Shown here in pieces: positions 57,297 through 64,000 of a DNA stretch of 64,000 bases. Below the pieces are notes generated by a model, which worked only from the letters and a program-made list of their open reading frames with translations, searched no databases and had not been told where the DNA came from. Source of the stretch: Oscillospiraceae bacterium (GTDB taxonomy: Bacteria; Bacillota; Clostridia; Oscillospirales; Oscillospiraceae); the NCBI GenBank assembly GCA_015068235.1, contig SVKY01000001.1, forward strand, positions 5,660-69,659, read 5' to 3'. Both the position numbers and the translations under genes were made by a program. Positions within the stretch are counted from its first letter, which is position 1; each line of letters opens with the position of its first letter.

Positions 57297-59555
57297 ATGT
57301 CAAGCACAACACAATTAATGGAAATTGCCCTTCGTATTCGCGAAATGCGACAAATCGAAGGCTATTCGATCGAAGAAATGGCGGAAAGAACAGCAATTTC
57401 GGCAGAGCTTTATCGCTCCTATGAAACAGGAACCGTTGATCTTCCCTTTTCATTCATTCATAAATGTGCCCTATCCTTCGGAATTGAGATTTCGGAGCTT
57501 TTAGAAGGACATAGTGCTCACCTTTCCTCCTATGCTGTCACTCGTAAAGGTATGGGTAAGCAAACCGCCAAAGAAGAAGGTATCTCGATCGTCAATTTGG
57601 CACCCCGCTTCCGTTCGAAGATCGCCGAACCTTATTGGGTCACCTATGAATATAACAAGGAACAGGAGCAGCGTCCCATTCAGCTTGCAACGCACAGCGG
57701 ACAGGAATTTGATCTGGTTCTGCGTGGTCGCTTGAAGGTTCAAATCGGTGATCATATCGAATATCTTGACGAGGGCGACAGTATTTATTACAACTCCTCG
57801 ATTCCGCACGGCATGGTTGCTGTGGACGGTCGCGATTGTCTCTTCTGCGCCGTGGTCCTTCCCGGAGAAGAAGTTGAGGAACAAGAGATTCGTCGCAGCT
57901 TGATCAGCGCAAAGCGCAGTGAACCGTATATTTGTCAAAAATTCATTGAGACAACGGAAAATTCCGACGGCGCACTTCAAACAATCGCGTTTAAGCAGGA
58001 AGATAGCTTTAACTTTGCCTTTGATATCGTCGATGAGATCGCCAAGAAATACCCCAACAAGCGTGCAATGCTGCATTTGGACAAGCATCAAAACGAACGT
58101 GATCTTACCTTTGAGGATATGCGCAAGGGTTCTTCCAGAGCGGCGAACTATTTCAAAGCTCTTGGCGTTAAGCGTGGCGACCGTGTGATGCTGGTACTCA
58201 AGCGCCACTATCAATTCTGGTATGCGATTTTGGGTCTGCACAAGCTCGGTGCGATCGCCATTCCTGCAACCAATCAGCTTTTAGAGCACGATTTCAGCTA
58301 TCGTTTTAAGGCGGCAGGCGTCAGTGCAATCCTCTGCACCGCAGACGGTTCTACCGCAGATGCGGTCGATGTAGCTGCCAAAGAATACTCAGATTTGAAA
58401 ACAAAGATCATTGTCGGTGGCAGCCGTGACGGATGGCATGATTTCGATGCAGAATTTGGACTTTACAGCAGCCGTTTTGAGCGCACAGAGGATGCCCCTT
58501 GCGGCAAGGATCCGATGCTGATGTTCTTTACCTCCGGTACAACAGGCTATCCCAAGATCGCAACGCATGATTACCGCTATCCCCTTGCGCATTTTGTCAC
58601 GGCGAAATATTGGCACGGAGTATCTTCAGAAGGTCTGCACTTTACCATCTCAGAAACCGGTTGGGGCAAAGCACTTTGGGGCAAGCTCTACGGTCAGTGG
58701 CTGTGCGAGGGTGCTGTATTTACCTATGACTTTGACCGCTTTGATGCAGCGGAAATTCTACCGATGTTTGCAAAATATGGCATCACGACCTTCTGCGCAC
58801 CGCCTACCATGTATCGCATGATGATCCGACAGGATATTAGCAGCTATGATTTTTCCTCCCTGCAGCATATTACCAGCGCAGGCGAAGCGCTGAATCCTGA
58901 GGTTTACCGTGTGTTTGAAAAGCAGACAGGTCTGCGCATCATGGAGGGCTACGGTCAGACAGAAACAACCCTTTCCATTGGCAATCTCATGGGACATGCG
59001 CCGAGATTTGGCTCAATGGGCAAGGCAATGCCGCACTTTGATGTGCATCTTCTCGATCCCGATGGCAACGAATGCACAACAGGTGTCAGTGGCGAAATTT
59101 GCATCAAGACCAGCAAAAAAATCCCCTGCGGTCTGTTTATGGGCTATTATCGTGATGAAGAACGCACCAACGACGTTTGGCATGACGGCTATTATCATAC
59201 AGGTGATGTCGCCTGGCGAGATGAGGACGGATATTTCTGGTATGTTGGTCGCGTGGACGATGTGATCAAGTCCTCCGGCTATCGCATTGGACCGTTCGAG
59301 ATCGAAAGCGTGATCACAGAGCTTCCCTATGTACTCGAGTGCGGCGTCAGCGCAGCAGCTGACGAGGTGCGTGGTCAGGTTGTTAAGGCAAGCATCGTTT
59401 TGGTCAAGGGCACAGCGGCGACCGAGGAATTGAAAAAAGAGATTCAAAACTATGTCAAATCTCGTACCGCACCTTATAAATATCCTCGTATCGTGGAGTT
59501 CCGTGAGAGCCTGCCCAAGACGATCAGCGGTAAAATTATCCGAAATAAACTTTAA
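57297..59555 (+). CDS. XRE-type HTH plus cupin domain fused to a medium-chain-type acyl-CoA synthetase (paralog A)
   Basis: HTH: LRIREMRQIEGYSIEEMAERTAIS. Cupin: DLVLRGRLKVQIGDHIEYLDEGDSIYYNSSIPHG. ACS: FTSGTTGYPK, YGQTET, YHTGDVAWRDEDGYFWYVGRVDDVIKSSGYRIGPFEIE and PKTISGKIIR. AGGAGG lies upstream of ATG 57297. Confidence 0.85.
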   Translation: MSSTTQLMEIALRIREMRQIEGYSIEEMAERTAISAELYRSYETGTVDLPFSFIHKCALSFGIEISELLEGHSAHLSSYAVTRKGMGKQTAKEEGISIVNLAPRFRSKIAEPYWVTYEYNKEQEQRPIQLATHSGQEFDLVLRGRLKVQIGDHIEYLDEGDSIYYNSSIPHGMVAVDGRDCLFCAVVLPGEEVEEQEIRRSLISAKRSEPYICQKFIETTENSDGALQTIAFKQEDSFNFAFDIVDEIAKKYPNKRAMLHLDKHQNERDLTFEDMRKGSSRAANYFKALGVKRGDRVMLVLKRHYQFWYAILGLHKLGAIAIPATNQLLEHDFSYRFKAAGVSAILCTADGSTADAVDVAAKEYSDLKTKIIVGGSRDGWHDFDAEFGLYSSRFERTEDAPCGKDPMLMFFTSGTTGYPKIATHDYRYPLAHFVTAKYWHGVSSEGLHFTISETGWGKALWGKLYGQWLCEGAVFTYDFDRFDAAEILPMFAKYGITTFCAPPTMYRMMIRQDISSYDFSSLQHITSAGEALNPEVYRVFEKQTGLRIMEGYGQTETTLSIGNLMGHAPRFGSMGKAMPHFDVHLLDPDGNECTTGVSGEICIKTSKKIPCGLFMGYYRDEERTNDVWHDGYYHTGDVAWRDEDGYFWYVGRVDDVIKSSGYRIGPFEIESVITELPYVLECGVSAAADEVRGQVVKASIVLVKGTAATEELKKEIQNYVKSRTAPYKYPRIVEFRESLPKTISGKIIRNKL

Positions 59556-59575
59556 CTCTTTACTTGCAAAAAGTG

Positions 59576-59861
59576 TTGACAAATGAACCTCGACATGATA
59601 TGATTCTATAAAGACAAAGACGGAGAGAGATTTCTGCACAAATCATCTGCAGAGAATTGGCGGTCGGTGCAAGCCATGGTGATGTGGAAGTCTTGTCGCT
59701 CCCGAGTCGGAGAGAAGAAAGCTTACTGGCGATTAGACCTCTCTCGCGTTAGCTGCGTTAACCGCCTATTGAGTGGCATCCGAACGGATGCAATTTGAGT
59801 GGTACCGCGGGTTGTATTTTCAGCTCGTCTCAAAGGATCAATCTTTGAGACGAGCTTTTAC
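59576..59861 (+). promoter_or_regulatory. Promoter plus T-box leader 3, inferred specifier GUC (Val), with terminator
   Basis: TTGACA (59576), 17-nt spacer, TATGAT (59599). Stem I GACGGAG...CTCCCGAGTC, GCAGAGA, GGTGCAAG, and the T-box ATTTGAGTGGTACCGCGGGT (59792-59811). Terminator AGCTCGTCTCAAAG...CTTTGAGACGAGCT, then TTTT. GUC lies at 59695-59697. Confidence 0.85.
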
Positions 59862-59882
59862 TATTCTCATACAGGAGGAGCT

Positions 59883-62174
59883 ATGCAGGAACAAAAACTA
59901 ACAGGTTTGGAATATAAAATTCGGGAGATGGCATCTCGTATCCGCGAATTGCGCGAGATCACTGGCTTGAGCGTTGCTGAAATGGCAAAGCGCACCGGTA
60001 TCACAATTAGCGAATACGAGCTCTGTGAGGCAGGGCAGACCGATCTGAATATCGCATTTCTTTATCGCTGCGCCCTAAGCTTTGGCGTTGACGTGACTGA
60101 CCTGATCGAAGGTCACAGCCCGAAGCTGCGTTCTTATACCCTCACTCGATCGGGGCGTGGTCAAAAGATCGAGCAGGCGCATCGTATGACCTACTATAAC
60201 CTCGCAGCAGACTTCCGTAATCGTGTTGCGTTGCCTTTATATGTTGTCATTCAATATAACCAGGACGCTGAGCACGAGGACATCGAGCTGACCACACATG
60301 ACGGTCAGGAGTGTGACCTTGTGATCAAGGGCAGCATGAAGATTCAAATCGGTGAGCATACCGAGATTCTGCACGAGGGCGACAGCATTTATTATGACAG
60401 CTCCACACCTCACGGCATGATCGCTGTCGGTGGTGAGGATTGCGCCTTCTATGCGATGGTTTTGAATCCTTCAGACGATGTCGGCTTAACGCCGAAAGCT
60501 GAGAAGCTTCCGACGCCGTCAGCAACGGAAAAAGACGAAGAAAGACGCATCTATCACGATTTTATCATACCTACGGAAAACGTCTCCGGCGGCATTGAAA
60601 AAATCGCTTTTCAAAATGAAGATCGATTTAATTTTGCTTTTGATGTTGTCGATGCTTTGGCAGAACGTAAGCCTGAAAAGCTTGCAATGCTGCACATTTC
60701 CGAAAATGGAACCGAGCGCCGATTTACCTTCTTGGATGTCAAGAAGGAATCTGCCAGAGCCGCAAACTATTTCAAATCCTTGGGCATTCGCCGTGGCGAT
60801 CGAGTCATGCTCGTGCTCAAGCGGCATTATCAATTTTGGTTTGCACTTTTGGGCTTGCACAAGCTTGGCGCTGTTGCGATCCCTGCAACGAATCAGCTCC
60901 AGGCACACGATTTTACATATCGTTTCAATGCAGCAGATGTCCGTGCAATTCTTTGCACAGCAGACGGAGCTACTGCAGATGAAGTTGCGAGCGCCGCATC
61001 GAAGTGTCCGCAGGTCAAGCACCTGATCATGGTAAATGGTCAAAAAGAAGGCTGGCATGACTTTAATGAAGAATATGCCATGTTCAGTAGCCACTTCCAT
61101 CGAAATGAAGACACACCGTGCGGAAACGATCCAATGCTGATGTTCTTCACATCAGGCACATCGGGCTATCCGAAGCTGGCAGCACACAATTACAAATATC
61201 CCTTGGGTCATTTTATTACTGCAAAATATTGGCACCGAGTCAATCCCGATGGTCTGCATTTGACCATATCCGACACAGGCTGGGCAAAGGCTCTTTGGGG
61301 CAAGCTCTACGGTCAGTGGCTGTGCGAAGCAGCGATCTTTGTCTATGACTTTGACCGCTTCGATGCAGAAAAAATCCTTCCGTTGTTTGCCAAGCATCGT
61401 ATCACAACCTTCTGCGCACCTCCGACGATGTACCGCATGCTGATCAAGGGTGATTTGAGCAAATATGATCTGAGCTCGATCGAGCATGCCTCCATCGCAG
61501 GCGAAGCGCTCAATCCCGAGGTTTTCCGACAGTTCCAGAAGGCAACTGGGCTTCAAATCATGGAGGGCTTCGGTCAATCCGAAAGCACATTGATCATCGG
61601 CAACCTCATTGGCGGCAAGCACAAGATCGGTTCGATGGGCAAGCCCGTCCCCCTTTATGATGTACACCTGCTCAGCGCTGACGGCTCCCCTGCTGCACCC
61701 GGTGAGACCGGAGAGATCTGTATCAACATTGCAAACGAGCTTCCTTGTGGTCTAAGCTATGCTTACGAAGGCAGCCCTGATGTCACCGCCAAAACATGGC
61801 GTGACGGCTTCTATCACACAGGCGACCTCGCTTGGAAGGACGAAGACGGCTTCTTCTGGTATGTCGGACGTGCCGATGATGTGATCAAGTCCTCGGGCTA
61901 TCGCATTGGACCGTTCGAAATTGAAAATGTTATCATGGAGCTTCCCTATGTCTTGGAATGCGGCGTTTCTGCTGCGCCCGATGAAGTGCGTGGGCAGATT
62001 GTCAAGGCAAGCATCGTGCTTGTCAAGGGCACGCAAGCATCTGATGAGCTGAAAAAAGAAATTCAGAACTACGTCAAATCTCGTACAGCGCCTTATAAAT
62101 ATCCCCGAATCGTTGAATTCAGAGAAAGCCTTCCCAAAACGACCAGCGGAAAGATCATCCGCAAGCAGCTATGA
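59883..62174 (+). CDS. XRE-type HTH plus cupin domain fused to a medium-chain-type acyl-CoA synthetase (paralog B)
   Basis: Same architecture and motifs as 57297-59555, collinear along the whole length. AGGAGGAG lies upstream of ATG 59883. Confidence 0.85.
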   Translation: MQEQKLTGLEYKIREMASRIRELREITGLSVAEMAKRTGITISEYELCEAGQTDLNIAFLYRCALSFGVDVTDLIEGHSPKLRSYTLTRSGRGQKIEQAHRMTYYNLAADFRNRVALPLYVVIQYNQDAEHEDIELTTHDGQECDLVIKGSMKIQIGEHTEILHEGDSIYYDSSTPHGMIAVGGEDCAFYAMVLNPSDDVGLTPKAEKLPTPSATEKDEERRIYHDFIIPTENVSGGIEKIAFQNEDRFNFAFDVVDALAERKPEKLAMLHISENGTERRFTFLDVKKESARAANYFKSLGIRRGDRVMLVLKRHYQFWFALLGLHKLGAVAIPATNQLQAHDFTYRFNAADVRAILCTADGATADEVASAASKCPQVKHLIMVNGQKEGWHDFNEEYAMFSSHFHRNEDTPCGNDPMLMFFTSGTSGYPKLAAHNYKYPLGHFITAKYWHRVNPDGLHLTISDTGWAKALWGKLYGQWLCEAAIFVYDFDRFDAEKILPLFAKHRITTFCAPPTMYRMLIKGDLSKYDLSSIEHASIAGEALNPEVFRQFQKATGLQIMEGFGQSESTLIIGNLIGGKHKIGSMGKPVPLYDVHLLSADGSPAAPGETGEICINIANELPCGLSYAYEGSPDVTAKTWRDGFYHTGDLAWKDEDGFFWYVGRADDVIKSSGYRIGPFEIENVIMELPYVLECGVSAAPDEVRGQIVKASIVLVKGTQASDELKKEIQNYVKSRTAPYKYPRIVEFRESLPKTTSGKIIRKQL

Positions 62175-62857
62175 TACGCCGTTTGACCCTCTTTGCAGGG
62201 CACTATGGAAGCGGAAAGACCAATATTGCGGTAAATTATGCTGCATATTTGCGAAAGCAAGGCTTCGCTGTGACGATTGCAGATTTGGACATCGTTAATC
62301 CTTATTTCAGAACAAAGGACAGCGAAAAGCTGCTTAATTCTCTTGGAATTGATTTGATCTGTTCCCCTTTTGCCAACAGCAACTTAGATGTTCCTGCCAT
62401 GCCGGCAGAGGTTTACAGTCTAATCGACAGCCGAACGACGCATGGCGTATTGGATATCGGCGGCGATGATCGTGGTGCGTTGGCACTTGGCAGATACGCT
62501 CCGATGATCAAAGAAGAGAATGATTATGAGATGCTTTTTGTGATCAACCGTTCTCGCCCACTGACTCGCTCTGTGGAAGAGACGCTTCATGTCATGCGTG
62601 AGATCGAAACAGCATGCTCACTTCCCTTCACCGCCGTTGTCAATAACACAAATTTGGGGCGCCATACCACAAAGGAGGACATCCTTGCATCATTGGATTA
62701 TGCAAAAGGCGTGTGCAAAGCAAGCGGTCTTCCGCTTAAAATGACAACGATTCACCACCCGTTATATTCTGAATTGCAATCACATATGAACGACCTGTTC
62801 CCCATACATTTACAGGAACAATACTACGAACTTAGAACGGAGGCCACACATGGCTAA
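62171..62857 (+). CDS. SIMIBI-class P-loop NTPase (MinD/CooC/Mrp-like), function unknown
   Basis: Deviant Walker A FAGHYGSGKTNIAVNYA and LDIGGDD. ATGA overlap with the upstream synthetase, and 8-nt overlap with the downstream ferredoxin. Confidence 0.6.
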   Translation: MIRRLTLFAGHYGSGKTNIAVNYAAYLRKQGFAVTIADLDIVNPYFRTKDSEKLLNSLGIDLICSPFANSNLDVPAMPAEVYSLIDSRTTHGVLDIGGDDRGALALGRYAPMIKEENDYEMLFVINRSRPLTRSVEETLHVMREIETACSLPFTAVVNNTNLGRHTTKEDILASLDYAKGVCKASGLPLKMTTIHHPLYSELQSHMNDLFPIHLQEQYYELRTEATHG

Positions 62858-63056
62858 ACTGACATTCAAAGAAGAATTGTGCAAAGGCTGCGGTCTTTGC
62901 GTCAATGCCTGTCCGAAGGGGCTGCTTGCACTTTCGAGAACAAGGCTGAATCAAAAGGGGCATTCCCCCGTCGAATTAACAAAGCCCGAAGATTGTATCG
63001 GGTGTGCATTCTGCGCAACCATGTGTCCTGATTGCGTGATCACGGTAGAAAGGTAG
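62850..63056 (+). CDS. 2x[4Fe-4S] ferredoxin, delta-subunit type of 2-oxoacid:ferredoxin oxidoreductases
   Basis: CKGCGLCVNACP and CIGCAFCATMCP. 68 aa, immediately upstream of the alpha subunit. Confidence 0.8.
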   Translation: MAKLTFKEELCKGCGLCVNACPKGLLALSRTRLNQKGHSPVELTKPEDCIGCAFCATMCPDCVITVER

Positions 63057-63062
63057 GCAATT

Positions 63063-64000
63063 ATGGAAAAAGTATTGATGAAAGGCAACGAAGCCATTGC
63101 GGAAGCTGCGATTTTAGCAGGCTGCCGTCACTATTTTGGTTATCCGATCACGCCACAGACCGAGGTTGCCGCTTATATGGCAAAGAGAATGCCAAAAATC
63201 GGCGGCGTATTTCTCCAAGCCGAGAGCGAAATTGCAGCGATCAACATGGTCTACGGTGTTGCCGCTACAGGCAAGCGTGCGATGACCTCATCCTCGAGTC
63301 CCGGCATTGCACTCAAATGCGAAGGTATTTCCTACTTGGCAGGTGCTGATTTGCCTGCTTTGATCGTCAACGTACAGCGAGGCGGTCCCGGCTTGGGCGG
63401 TATTCAGCCGTCGCAGTCGGACTATTTCCTCTGCACCAGAGGTCCCGGACACGGTGACTTCCATGTTTTGGTGCTCGCACCGTCAAGCGTACAAGAAATG
63501 GCTGATTTGACACTCAAGGGCTTCGAGCTTGCTGAAAAATACCGCATGCCGGCAATGCTGCTTGCTGATGGCACAATGGGTCAGATGATGGAGCCTGTTG
63601 TCTTGCCGGAAAAGCTCGAAGCTGCTCCTGAAGCACCCGAATGGGCAACCACAGGCACGCAGGGCAAGCGTAAGCACAACATCGCAAATTCCCTCTATCT
63701 CTCCCCTGCTGAGCTGGAACAGCTGAATTTGGAGCGTTTCCGCCGCTATGCGGAGATCGAAGAAAATGAGTGCATGTGGGAAGAATTTATGATGGACGAT
63801 GCGGAATATTGTGTCGTTTCCTGCGGCATTACCGCTCGTGTTTCCAGAAATGCGATTTTGGAGGCACGTGCAAAAGGGATCAAGGTCGGTATGATCCGCC
63901 CGATCACCCTTTGGCCCTTCCCCAAAAAGCCTTTACTCGCCGCAGCAGACCTTGTCAAATCCTTCCTTGTAGTCGAGCTCAGCATGGGTCAAATGCGTGA
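63063..64000 (+). CDS. 2-oxoacid:ferredoxin oxidoreductase alpha subunit (VorB/KorA type), 3-prime end beyond the window
   Basis: Not in the ORF track because it is open-ended. My translation is MEKVLMKGNEAIAEAAILAGCRHYFGYPITPQTEVAAYMAKRMPKIGGVFLQAESEIAAINMVYGVAATGKRAMTSSSSPGIALK...VQRGGPGLGGIQPSQSDYF. Confidence 0.8.
   Translation, partial: MEKVLMKGNEAIAEAAILAGCRHYFGYPITPQTEVAAYMAKRMPKIGGVFLQAESEIAAINMVYGVAATGKRAMTSSSSPGIALKCEGISYLAGADLPALIVNVQRGGPGLGGIQPSQSDYFLCTRGPGHGDFHVLVLAPSSVQEMADLTLKGFELAEKYRMPAMLLADGTMGQMMEPVVLPEKLEAAPEAPEWATTGTQGKRKHNIANSLYLSPAELEQLNLERFRRYAEIEENECMWEEFMMDDAEYCVVSCGITARVSRNAILEARAKGIKVGMIRPITLWPFPKKPLLAAADLVKSFLVVELSMGQMR

Overview
The window looks like chromosomal DNA from a spore-forming Firmicute of the class Clostridia, probably an Oscillospiraceae/Ruminococcaceae-like gut or rumen anaerobe. 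Supporting markers are a complete spoIIIAA-AH operon, pro-sigma-K, yunB, SLH and LRR surface proteins, T-box leaders and ATGA-coupled operons.

Gene order, left to right:
- A large secreted PI-PLC-like protein with Cys-rich repeats. It is open at the left edge and absent from the ORF track.
- An acyl-CoA ligase coupled to a DUF1624 membrane acyltransferase.
- pcrA-yunB-ligA, then murT-gatD, then spoIIIAA-AH, then asp23-nusB-(TsaD-like)-xseA-xseB-ispA, then sigK.
- A pair of G3E/CobW GTPases. One has a His/Cys-rich 81-bp tandem repeat; the other is fused to a DUF1980-type domain.
- Two LtaS-family sulfatases and a PaaI thioesterase.
- A cobalamin riboswitch followed by a DUF4430 lipoprotein.
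- xerD-like and xerC-like recombinases, a HAD hydrolase and a nitroreductase.
- An LCP / 2-hydroxyacid dehydrogenase / gluQ / flavodoxin-ferredoxin operon.
- NrdR-box-controlled nrdG, nrdD (with a fused redoxin domain) and trxB.
- A cell-envelope module (LRR-SLH protein, gtrA, PAP2) bracketed by two inverted copies of a 167-bp MITE-like element, each flanked by a TAA duplication at a stop codon.
- FemAB, a membrane-anchored protein and a two-component system.

The most interesting region is 52.7-64 kb. It holds three T-box leaders whose aligned specifier positions read CUC, AUC and GUC (Leu, Ile, Val). They control acyl-CoA-synthetase fusion proteins, a catalytically degenerate isopropylmalate-synthase-like protein, a P-loop ATPase, a ferredoxin and a VorB/KorA-type 2-oxoacid:ferredoxin oxidoreductase. 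I interpret this as a candidate module, sensing uncharged tRNA, that converts branched-chain fatty acids into branched-chain amino acids by reductive carboxylation.

All calls come from reading the sequence and ORF translations by eye. No database searches were run.
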